Source: an uncultured Mycoplasma sp. (GTDB lineage Bacteria; Bacillota_I; Bacilli_A; RF39; UBA660). Taken from it: a stretch of DNA of 64,000 bases. Position 1 is the first letter of the stretch. The number at the start of each line of letters is the position of its first letter. This document shows, piece by piece, positions 48,443 through 56,699 of the stretch. Location: the NCBI GenBank assembly GCA_946500895.1, contig CAMMXG010000001.1, positions 705 to 64,704 on the forward strand. The letters run 5' to 3'. A model generated the notes under the pieces. It was not told where the DNA came from. It did not search any database and worked only from the letters and a program-made list of their open reading frames with translations. A program made the position numbers and the translations under genes.

Positions 48443-50725
48443 CTAATTTCCATAATAAGATAGACTTGCATTTTTTACTCTCTCAACCGTTACACCCTCA
48501 GATTCATGTCTACCACAACCTGGGCAAACATCATTAATAACCCCTGTATATCCACATACTGGATCACGATCTACTGGATGATTAATTGCTCCATATCCAA
48601 TATCATTATCATGCATCAAACGTACAATTGCTTCAAACGCTTCTAAATTATTCGCTGTATCTCCATCAAGTTCAATATAACTAATATGACCTCCATTTGT
48701 ATATTTATGATATTTACCCTCAATTTTAAGTTTATCTGCAACACTAATATCATAATATACTGGAACATGGAATGAATTTGTATAATACTCTCTATCTGTT
48801 ACACCTGGAATAATACCATAAATAGATTGATCAATTCTTGTAAATCTACCACTTAAACCTTCCGCAGGTGTAGCAATAAGGGAGAAGTTAAGTTTATATT
48901 CTTCTATATATTCATCACACTTATCTCTCATAAATTTAATAATTTCAAGTCCTAACTTCCCGGCTTTCTCATCTTCACCATGATGATGACCACATAAAGC
49001 TTTCAAACATTCAGCAAGACCAATGAAACCAATCGTAAGTGTTCCATTTTTAAGAACTGGCTTTAATCTTGAATTTGGTTTTAATCCTTTCGAATCAATC
49101 CACACACCTTGACCAAGCAAGAATGGGAAATTATAAACTTTTTTACTACATTGAAGTTCAAATCTCTCTAATAATTGATCTTTAACCATATCCATAATAC
49201 TTTCAAGTTCTTCGTAGAACCCTTTCATATCAGCCTTTTTACCATCCAAAATTCCATGCTTAATACCAAGTCTTGGTAGATTAATCGTTGTAAATGATAA
49301 ATTCCCTCTTCCCGGAACCACTTCATTATCTGGATTAGCTGGATTAGCCATTACTCTTGTACGGCATCCCATATAAGCAATTTCCGTTTTATAATCTCCA
49401 GGTTTATAATATGGTAAATTAAATGACGCATCAATAAATGAGAAATTTGGAAATAATCTTTTCGCAGAAACCTTACAAGATAACCTAAACAAATCATAGT
49501 TAGGTTCCCCAGGATTATAATTAAGTCCTTCTTTAACCTTAAAGATTGAAATTGGGAATATTGGTGTTTCTCCCTTTCCTAACCCAGCATCAGCGGCAAG
49601 CAAATAATTTTTCGTAACCATTCTTCCTTCAGGAGAAACATCTGTACCAAAATTAATAGATGAAAATGGTACTTGTGCTCCTGCTCTAGAATGCATTGTA
49701 TTTAAATTATGAATAAATGCTTCCATTGCTTGATAAGTCATTCTATTTGTTTTAGCCATCGCTTTATCATAAGAAACTCTAAATATTCTTTCTACTTCAC
49801 TACTATCTTTATAATACTCTTCAAAATCACTTATATCAAATTCAATAGACTTTAATTTGTCAATATCTTTAACAATATGATCCCATTTAATCAAATTAAC
49901 AAATCCCATTAAATCAAAGTAATCATATAAAGTTTGTTTAAATTGTTTTCTAAATGTTTTTAAAACGCCAGGTGCTAAAAAATAATCAAACGCTGGAATA
50001 CTTTGTCCACCATGTTGATCATTTTGATTAGATTGAATTGCTATTGCTGCAAGTGCAGAATAACTCATAATGTCTTGTGGACAACGTAAGAACCCATGCC
50101 CTGTTGAAAAACCATCTTTAAACAACTCTAATAAATCAATTTGACAACAAGTAGTAGTACCCATTGGTAAGAAATCCATATCATGAATATGAATCGTTCC
50201 ATTATCATGTGCCTCTGCAAATTTTGGATCCATCATATAAGATTTAGCAAATTCTTTTGATAAATTACTTCCGTATTGAAGCATTGTACCCATCGCTGAA
50301 TTTCCATCAATGTTACCATTTTCTCTTTTATTATCATCTTCTAAAGCTGTCTTCAAAGATAAAGATTCAACAATTTTCATTAATTTATGATATCTTTTTT
50401 GAAAAACATCTCTTGATTCCGCTCTTCTTTTACGATAACTTGAAAATGATTTTAATACATCATCATAACCAAGTTCTGAAAGTTTAGATTCAATTAAATC
50501 TTGAATATCCTCAATTTTAATAATTTCTAAACCAGCATATTTTTCTTTAATAGTATCAATAACGCTATTAAAAACCTTATTGCTATCTTCCGGATTATAG
50601 TTTTCATTTAATGCACTATCAAATCCTTTTTTAACAGCTATAGCAATCTTTTCTTCATTAAAAGGTACTTTCTTCCCATCTCTTTTAATAACTTTTAACG
50701 ATTCTAACTTCGTATCCGTTTTCAT
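48443..50725 (-). CDS. nrdD: anaerobic ribonucleoside-triphosphate reductase large chain (class III RNR), lacking the terminal glycyl-radical motif
   Basis: 760 aa. N-terminal ATP-cone, class III RNR core, C-terminal Zn-ribbon Cys (CGYTG...CPGC). Ends 15 nt before the mini-ORF. Confidence 0.85.
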   Translation of the reverse strand: MKTDTKLESLKVIKRDGKKVPFNEEKIAIAVKKGFDSALNENYNPEDSNKVFNSVIDTIKEKYAGLEIIKIEDIQDLIESKLSELGYDDVLKSFSSYRKRRAESRDVFQKRYHKLMKIVESLSLKTALEDDNKRENGNIDGNSAMGTMLQYGSNLSKEFAKSYMMDPKFAEAHDNGTIHIHDMDFLPMGTTTCCQIDLLELFKDGFSTGHGFLRCPQDIMSYSALAAIAIQSNQNDQHGGQSIPAFDYFLAPGVLKTFRKQFKQTLYDYFDLMGFVNLIKWDHIVKDIDKLKSIEFDISDFEEYYKDSSEVERIFRVSYDKAMAKTNRMTYQAMEAFIHNLNTMHSRAGAQVPFSSINFGTDVSPEGRMVTKNYLLAADAGLGKGETPIFPISIFKVKEGLNYNPGEPNYDLFRLSCKVSAKRLFPNFSFIDASFNLPYYKPGDYKTEIAYMGCRTRVMANPANPDNEVVPGRGNLSFTTINLPRLGIKHGILDGKKADMKGFYEELESIMDMVKDQLLERFELQCSKKVYNFPFLLGQGVWIDSKGLKPNSRLKPVLKNGTLTIGFIGLAECLKALCGHHHGEDEKAGKLGLEIIKFMRDKCDEYIEEYKLNFSLIATPAEGLSGRFTRIDQSIYGIIPGVTDREYYTNSFHVPVYYDISVADKLKIEGKYHKYTNGGHISYIELDGDTANNLEAFEAIVRLMHDNDIGYGAINHPVDRDPVCGYTGVINDVCPGCGRHESEGVTVERVKNASLSYYGN

Positions 50726-51154
50726 ACTCTTCCCTCCACTTAATACATCTACGATTTACAACTTGATTATAAATTCATATATAGAAAAAAACAAGTGCTT
50801 TTTTAGACAAATTTTTGCCATTTTTTTAAGATGCCCATAAACACTTAGAAGAATGAAAAAAATTTTTTTGTTCGCTTTACGACAATTGACAATTATTTAA
50901 CAAAATGAACATTCGTGATTTCAAAAAAATCTTAAAAGGTGTTTTTTGAAAAAAGTAGGAACTCATTTTTTGGCTTAAATTAAGCAAATAGTAAAAAATA
51001 TTTTTCTAAAAAAACGAAGTTTGACTATTTTTTTAAAATACAAAAGGTGTTTTTTTAAAAGAAATATTATTTAGAAATTAAACCACAAAATACCTAGAAA
51101 TTAGTAAAAGACTTGCAAGGAATTACATTTTTTAATATAATTGATATATCAAAT

Positions 51155-51197
51155 GTCCTCGTAGCTCAGTAGGATAGAGCAATTGCCTCCTAAGCAA
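51155..51197 (+). tRNA. 5' half of a disrupted host tRNA-Arg(CCT) (acceptor, D-arm, anticodon stem-loop up to the att core)
   Basis: GTCCTCG-TA-GCTC-AGTAGGATA-GAGC-A-ATTGC-CTCCTAA-GCAA, then diverges. Pairs perfectly with the 3' half at 60814-60847. Confidence 0.55.
51186..51197 (+). repeat. attL core (CCTCCTAAGCAA), identical to 60802-60813
   Basis: 12-bp exact direct repeat at both junctions. Corresponds to the tRNA anticodon loop plus 3' stem. Confidence 0.5.
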
Positions 51198-51247
51198 AGG
51201 GTGACGTTTGAAAAATGATAAAAACCCCAATAAAATCGGGAAAATTT

Positions 51248-51324
51248 GTTCTCGTAACTCAGTTGGATAGAGTATCCCTCTCCTAAAGGGAAAGTCGGCA
51301 GTTCGAGCCTGCCCGAGAACACCA
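51248..51324 (+). tRNA. tRNA-Arg (anticodon CCT), complete, element-encoded
   Basis: Manual fold: acceptor GTTCTCG/CGAGAAC, D-stem ACTC/GAGT, anticodon stem TCCCT/AGGGA with loop CTCCTAA, T-stem GGCAG/CTGCC with loop TTCGAGC, discriminator A, encoded CCA. Confidence 0.85.
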
Positions 51325-51436
51325 TTATTGTATATAGAAGTCTTGTAAATAAAGCATTTACAAGATTTTTTTGTATTTTTAAAAGTGTTACAAAGTATCA
51401 CAATTTAACATCATATGGCACCTAATTCGGCACTTT

Positions 51437-51478
51437 TTTCGGCACCAATTTCGGCACTCGGTAAAACACTTCAAATTG
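51437..51478 (+). repeat. four direct GGCAC(C) repeats at ~12-bp spacing (putative integrase arm-type sites, left end)
   Basis: ATGGCACC / TTCGGCAC / TTCGGCACC / TTCGGCAC. Three more copies at the right end (60634-60671) in the same orientation. Confidence 0.4.
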
Positions 51479-51565
51479 TCTATAAAAATCAAGTAAAATA
51501 TGAGCAAATACAGAGCGAGGAATTTCGTGTTGGAACAAACCAAAATTAAAGATAAGGAGTAAAAA

Positions 51566-51796
51566 ATGAGAGAAGAATTTAAAAACATGAGGTTTAATAT
51601 CACAGAGGATATGTATAATACTATGCTTGAAATGTTAGTCATACATCAAATGCTAGAAGATTTTAACCCAACTAAAAAAGAAAAGAGAATGCTTAATAAA
51701 AAGTTGAAAAACTTGCAATATCATTTTACGTATGAGCTACAACTTCATAACCCCATGCAAATACACATTTATAATAAATTTATGAAAGACGAATAG
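51566..51796 (+). CDS. small hypothetical protein (76 aa)
   Basis: ORF with AAGGAG RBS 8 nt upstream. No recognisable domain. Confidence 0.3.
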   Translation: MREEFKNMRFNITEDMYNTMLEMLVIHQMLEDFNPTKKEKRMLNKKLKNLQYHFTYELQLHNPMQIHIYNKFMKDE

Positions 51797-51851
51797 ATAG
51801 GCATAACACCCTATCTTTTTATCTACTTTAATACTATATATATGAGGACAA

Positions 51852-52379
51852 TTATTTTTTCCAAACATTAAATATCGAATCTTCAAACTTTTCATATAAT
51901 GTTCGGGGTATTTCTGTACCTTTTGCAAATATAAAAGGGTTTACCAAAATGTATTGTTCCTCACTTTCTACTTGTATAATTTCTTTTTCTATTAAGCCAT
52001 TAATGGCTCTATCAAAAGTTTTTGAGTTCATATTTAATATTTTACGTAAATCTCTTTTATTTAAAAAGCCTGCAAACATATTGCATTGTATTTTGATTAA
52101 ATAACCACTATACTCGCCAAAACCAATATGACTTAGCATAGCAAATATAATTTGTGCCTCGCTACCTGTAAAACGCATTATTGATAAAATATCGCTTGTT
52201 TTACAAAATAACTTAGTGAAGGTTATATTTTGGTTTAGCTTTATATATTGTTTATCATGTTCTACTTGCGAGGCACGTCTAATACGCACCTCATCACCTG
52301 CATTTATTTCTTTACAAACATTGTAGTCTTTATCGACAATATAACCCTCGTGAGGCATTTGTTTTGGTAAATTTAACAT
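51852..52379 (-). CDS. RepL-like replication initiator / winged-helix DNA-binding protein
   Basis: 175 aa. C-terminal pattern 'IGFGEYSGYLI...FLNKRDLRKILNMNSKTFDRAINGLIEKEIIQV...YILVNPFIFAKG' parallels Firmicute plasmid RepL ('...IGGKKLKIVNYIL...IAKATGTSLQTVITTLKILEEGNIIKR...MLNPELLMRG'). Confidence 0.45.
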   Translation of the reverse strand: MLNLPKQMPHEGYIVDKDYNVCKEINAGDEVRIRRASQVEHDKQYIKLNQNITFTKLFCKTSDILSIMRFTGSEAQIIFAMLSHIGFGEYSGYLIKIQCNMFAGFLNKRDLRKILNMNSKTFDRAINGLIEKEIIQVESEEQYILVNPFIFAKGTEIPRTLYEKFEDSIFNVWKK

Positions 52380-52531
52380 TTAAAATCATCTCCTTTTTGT
52401 TAAAAATGTCTCACATCTGTAAATAATTAGGACAAAAATGGCATATATTAAATAGCCATTTTTTCTTTTATATAAAGGGAAAGTTCACTAAAAAATGATT
52501 TTATCTATCTAATATCTTATTTCAACATTCG

Positions 52532-52879
52532 CTAACACCTACCGCTAGAGCAGTAATCTCTACTTGCATTATACATACAAGTAGGACAATTTCTCTCGAA
52601 GCCTTGGTATTCAAGAGCCTTTGTGAATTGGCTACCAAACACACCTGAACCAAAACGTATCTTTGCTATCTCTTCTCTTATGACTTCTCTAACTATCTTT
52701 TCTACAAGTTGTTCGAGTTCACTTTTCTCGAACGGCTTGTTTCTTTTGGTATCTTTTTCTTTCATAGCCTTAACATTGACTTCGTTTATCATTTCAGCAA
52801 TGTCGTATTCAAGCACTTCGCCAAAGCCTTTCCTAATACTCTCTAAGTCAAACAAGTCTTTAAACTCGTATTGTCTCAT
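52532..52879 (-). CDS. hypothetical protein with C-terminal Cys cluster (CPTCMYNASRDYCSSGRC)
   Basis: Start placed at MRQYEF (GGAGG 8 nt upstream), not the longer track ORF. No domain assignment. Confidence 0.35.
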   Translation of the reverse strand: MRQYEFKDLFDLESIRKGFGEVLEYDIAEMINEVNVKAMKEKDTKRNKPFEKSELEQLVEKIVREVIREEIAKIRFGSGVFGSQFTKALEYQGFERNCPTCMYNASRDYCSSGRC

Positions 52880-52945
52880 GAATATCGCCTCCATTGATTT
52901 TTTTTTACAATTACATTTTAAACGTTTTTGGTACGTTCTGTTATC

Positions 52946-53110
52946 TCTAAACAATTCTTTTTTTCAAAAATTCTTTGAAATCTTCGTCTTTAACTAAGTA
53001 CCTACCGCTCAAACGTATAGCAGGAAGATGTCTATCACGAATTAGCTTTTGGATAGTCTTAACGTTAATTCCCGTCATGCAACTTATTTCCTTAGTGGAA
53101 TAAAATTTCA
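52946..53110 (-). CDS. excisionase/AlpA-like HTH_17 small DNA-binding protein (54 aa)
   Basis: Not in the ORF track. MKFYSTKEISCMTGINVKTIQKLIRDRHLPAIRLSGRYLVKDEDFKEFLKKRIV. CCTAGGAGGTG RBS. Similar to the xis-like protein at 59198. Confidence 0.45.
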
Positions 53111-53383
53111 TGTACTCACACCTCCTAGGACTTATATTCCTTTGCCCTTACTTGTTAGGAGTGAAAAGGCGGCTGCACTCCACTAAAAGAACCGCAAAAA
53201 AACAAGCCTGTTAAATAAGCCTGTTTTAGCCTTTTAGAGAAACAAATATCCGAGAGCATATAATCAATGTTATGGGAAGAAAAAAAGCTCCCACGCATGA
53301 CTACTCAAAGAATAATCAGTACAATGGGGGCATAGTTTTGCGGTTTTTCTCTTGACTTTCTTAAAAAAGGGGCGGTTGTTCCT

Positions 53384-54097
53384 TTACTCACTTTGCGTTT
53401 TCAATTTGCACATAGTAAATAGATATATTACAAGTATATAGATACTATCTCCAAAACCACCAAAAGTAATAGTTGATATTACACATAATATTACGATTAA
53501 AACGTGTAAAATTATGCTTTTATAACCAAATTTGTTTAGCATATTAATTATCACGCATGATATAATACCTACAATAAAAGCAATACCCTGATAAAGCCCA
53601 TGGGAAATCAAAGAAAAACTTTCTAAAACACTTGGCCATCTAATTATAATGGCAAGTATTAATAGCATAATTATAGCTATATCATATAGATTTATTTTTT
53701 TACCTTTTTTATTAATTATAATCAAAGTGGTATAAATTAAAACAATTGCATTATATAAGCTAAAGTTTTTAAGTAGAACTACCAGTAGTAATATCGTTAA
53801 AATTGCTGCGAAAATAGGAATGATTTTATATTCTTCTTTTAACTTTATTGCCAAATACCAAAATACATATATTAAACAAAGTGGAATTAATCCAACTCCC
53901 TCCATAACAAGTAGCAAAAGCAGTAGAATGAATAACCCTATTAAAATATAATCGAATATTCCTATATTATACTTTTGTTTTATTTCTTTAAAACTAGTAC
54001 TCTCATTTGTTGTTTGAAGCTCGATACCACAATGAGGACATTCTGTTGCAGTATCACTTACTTTTTTACCACATTCTTTACATTTAATTAATGCCAT
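53384..54097 (-). CDS. zinc-ribbon (CxxC...CxxC) N-terminus fused to polytopic membrane domain; paralog 3 of 3
   Basis: Starts MALIKCKECG...CPHCG, then ~6 TM helices. The track uses an upstream GTG start. Confidence 0.5.
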   Translation of the reverse strand: MALIKCKECGKKVSDTATECPHCGIELQTTNESTSFKEIKQKYNIGIFDYILIGLFILLLLLLVMEGVGLIPLCLIYVFWYLAIKLKEEYKIIPIFAAILTILLLVVLLKNFSLYNAIVLIYTTLIIINKKGKKINLYDIAIIMLLILAIIIRWPSVLESFSLISHGLYQGIAFIVGIISCVIINMLNKFGYKSIILHVLIVILCVISTITFGGFGDSIYILVIYLFTMCKLKTQSE

Positions 54098-54102
54098 ATC
54101 TA

Positions 54103-54627
54103 TCACTCTTTCTCATACATATCTCCATCACTTTCTCTTAGGCTATTTCCAACTATTGTAAATCTTTTCAAAACTTCGCCATCCGAGTAAACCCTTAAAG
54201 TATTTCCGCTTCTTTCATAAGTACAATCAAAAGTTATCGCACCTGTATAATAAGAACAAGTCTTATCTTTATACAATGTTATACTACTTCTGAAAGTATA
54301 TCCATATCTCGTACTTTCATGAACGTAAGTTCCCTCAAGTGAAGATGTGCTAAATATAAAGATAATCGCTACCACAAGTATTATTGCAACAATACCAATA
54401 ATTATCTTTTTCTTTTTATCAAGATGGTTAATAATATTTTTTCCCTTTATTTTTTCTTTCAAAAGATTATAACCACATTCAGGACAAACTTTGCTATCAG
54501 CTTTGACTTTTTCTCCACATTCAGGGCATTCTATTTTTAATTCTTCGTTTGGTGCTTTGCATTTTGGACAAGCCTTTGCTTTATCGCTCATTTCTGCTCC
54601 ACATTCTTTACATTTAATTAATGCCAT
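54103..54627 (-). CDS. double zinc-ribbon + single-TM + extracytoplasmic domain protein; paralog 2 of 3
   Basis: Starts MALIKCKECG...CPKC, second ribbon CPECG...CPECG. One TM, C-terminal ~80-aa domain. AGGAGA RBS before the MALIKC start. Confidence 0.5.
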   Translation of the reverse strand: MALIKCKECGAEMSDKAKACPKCKAPNEELKIECPECGEKVKADSKVCPECGYNLLKEKIKGKNIINHLDKKKKIIIGIVAIILVVAIIFIFSTSSLEGTYVHESTRYGYTFRSSITLYKDKTCSYYTGAITFDCTYERSGNTLRVYSDGEVLKRFTIVGNSLRESDGDMYEKE

Positions 54628-54643
54628 TTTTATTCTCCTAACC

Positions 54644-55240
54644 TTACTCCACAACTAAATTTTGATTTAACCAAGCTATTTGTTCTTCTGAAAAAGTATA
54701 GAATGTATCTTTAACACCATCTCTATTATCTTCAAGACAATGCTGATTACCATAAAAATTATCAAGCATGTCAAGATAATCTCTACCACTGTATGTCATT
54801 CCATCTTGGTTTCCATCATATACTGTAGGATTTACTAATTCACCAGTATCTGCATTTGTTAACAACCATTGAGTGGTATATTTATTGTTGTAATCATAAT
54901 ACCAAAAGTCAACAGAATACCTATCATCACATTTGCTTACATTAGTAATATATACTTTATTATTACGATGAAGGTTTGGGGCATCTATATCCCAATCTAC
55001 TTCCATTAACATATTTAAAACTTCTTGCGTTTCTTCATCTATCTCATTTTCGCTATCCTTAGAATTAGGGCTAAATGCAAATAAACATGTAAATCCTATA
55101 GCAATTATTCCAATAATTACCATTAGTATTTTCCCAACATTTTCATTTTTATTTTTTTCTATTTTTTTGCCACAATTGGGGCAGTTTTTTTCTTGATTGC
55201 TTATATCTGCACCACATTCACTACATTTAATTAATGCCAT
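54644..55240 (-). CDS. zinc-ribbon + single-TM + Cys-containing extracytoplasmic domain protein; paralog 1 of 3
   Basis: Starts MALIKCSECG...CPNCG. One TM, then a ~140-aa outside domain rich in D/N/Y/W. Confidence 0.5.
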   Translation of the reverse strand: MALIKCSECGADISNQEKNCPNCGKKIEKNKNENVGKILMVIIGIIAIGFTCLFAFSPNSKDSENEIDEETQEVLNMLMEVDWDIDAPNLHRNNKVYITNVSKCDDRYSVDFWYYDYNNKYTTQWLLTNADTGELVNPTVYDGNQDGMTYSGRDYLDMLDNFYGNQHCLEDNRDGVKDTFYTFSEEQIAWLNQNLVVE

Positions 55241-55246
55241 TTGAAA

Positions 55247-55477
55247 TTACACTCCTTTATCATATTTAAAAATTATCTTTTTTTGCAAATGTATTTCAGG
55301 AATTACCTCGTAAGTAAAACCTTTATTTAATAATTCTTGTCTCAAGACAGATTTTTTACTATCGATATTTTTAGGTATATCAAAACCAGTTAGCTTTTTA
55401 AACTCTTCATTGCTTAACTCAAAATCTTGTTTCTTGTCAAGTTTCTCATAAAGTGGTTCATATCTTTTCTTAGCCAT
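55247..55477 (-). CDS. small hypothetical protein (76 aa), first gene of the zinc-ribbon operon
   Basis: ORF 6 nt upstream of paralog 1. Divergent from the Xre gene. Confidence 0.3.
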   Translation of the reverse strand: MAKKRYEPLYEKLDKKQDFELSNEEFKKLTGFDIPKNIDSKKSVLRQELLNKGFTYEVIPEIHLQKKIIFKYDKGV

Positions 55478-55583
55478 TTTCTCAAACTCCTTTCTTGCTT
55501 AATATTATAACATAAAACCCCACCTATTGGTAGGGGTATTTGTTTATAAAAATATAAGATAATTATTAAAAGGCAGGTGGACT

Positions 55584-55847
55584 ATGGAACATTCTAAAGA
55601 CGATAATAATTACGTTTATTATTGGGTGGGAAAAAACATCAGAAAGCAAAGGAAATTAAAAGGTTGGACGCAAAGACAACTTGCCGAGAAGTGTAGTTTT
55701 AGTGAAAACTTTATCGGCGACTTAGAGAATGAAACATTTAAGACTTGCTCTCTAAACACTTTGTATCACATTTCCAAAGTGCTTGGTGTTCCTTTAAAAG
55801 TATTCTTTGAAGAATTAGACGAGAGCGATATTAAGCCAAAGAAATAA
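55584..55847 (+). CDS. Xre/cI-family HTH regulator of the element
   Basis: 87 aa. 'LKGWTQRQLAEKCSFSENFIGDLENE' HTH_XRE. Divergent arrangement with a 106-bp control region. Confidence 0.65.
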   Translation: MEHSKDDNNYVYYWVGKNIRKQRKLKGWTQRQLAEKCSFSENFIGDLENETFKTCSLNTLYHISKVLGVPLKVFFEELDESDIKPKK

Positions 55848-55924
55848 GATATGCAAAACACATATCTTTTTTATATCCTAATTGTATGATTTTATATTGG
55901 AGAATTATTAAATAAAAAAGAGGA

Positions 55925-56698
55925 CTATTCTTCCTCTTGCAAATGATTTTCAAAATAATCTTCTTCACTTACGATTTTAAGTTTAGCACCTGTATATTCG
56001 CCAAAGTTAGTTTCGTCTAATTTCTTAAAGTCAATGGAGTTAATATTCTCATTGATAAAATTATAAAGCAAATTAGCAAAGTTTTGCTTAGCTTCCATAT
56101 TATCATTAAAAATAAAGCCAAATAGTTCTTGGTATTCACTAGGTAAAATATTTTTATACAAAGGATATGTTATATTCATTTCCAAACTATCTTTTAAGAA
56201 TTTATCTACTAACTTATCTATTTTTTTGGTAGGTATTTTGGTTTTATTATCAAGTGCATTTCTATCATAAGTGATTATATTTTCTTGTACTAATTTTTCT
56301 AAAATAGGTATGATGTATTCTTCTTTGTATTGATTAATTTTTTCGGGATAAGTTTTAATTCTTCGCATTACTTCTACAAAATCACGAGCAATTCTTTTTT
56401 TAGAGCTTGGTGTTGCAGTACCTAAATAATCATAATCTTTTCCAAATATTAGTTCTCGCTCATTTAAGGAAAGGTTAATGTTTTCAAATTGTCTGATGTA
56501 ATTAAGAATATCTATTTTAAAATCGTATTCCTCGGTTTCGTCCTCAAGTCCGAGCTTTAGTATTTCGGGCATTACATAATCACTTACAAATTTTTGTATT
56601 TTTTCTAATTCTTTTCTTTCTGATGTATTATCTTTTCTTTTGAAAATATCCTCTTTTCTATTTTCTTTTAACATTTTCATAGTATTAATTGATTTCAT
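55925..56698 (-). CDS. hypothetical protein (257 aa), cargo gene
   Basis: No recognisable motif. Start is 2 nt after the stop of the 387-aa gene. Confidence 0.35.
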   Translation of the reverse strand: MKSINTMKMLKENRKEDIFKRKDNTSERKELEKIQKFVSDYVMPEILKLGLEDETEEYDFKIDILNYIRQFENINLSLNERELIFGKDYDYLGTATPSSKKRIARDFVEVMRRIKTYPEKINQYKEEYIIPILEKLVQENIITYDRNALDNKTKIPTKKIDKLVDKFLKDSLEMNITYPLYKNILPSEYQELFGFIFNDNMEAKQNFANLLYNFINENINSIDFKKLDETNFGEYTGAKLKIVSEEDYFENHLQEEE

Positions 56699-56699
56699 T

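Noticed and set aside
51248-51324. Alternative reading: the complete tRNA-Arg is the host gene and the element sits at its 3' end
   Set aside because: That model does not explain the separate 5' and 3' tRNA halves, which share a 12-bp core 9.6 kb apart and fold into a perfect tRNA when joined. The complete tRNA also has a different sequence from the split one.
51132-51642. Two track ORFs (89 aa and 84 aa, minus strand) overlapping the tRNA region
   Set aside because: They run antisense across a well-folding tRNA-Arg and the arm-site repeats. They have no RBS, are low-complexity and AT-driven, and are almost certainly non-coding.
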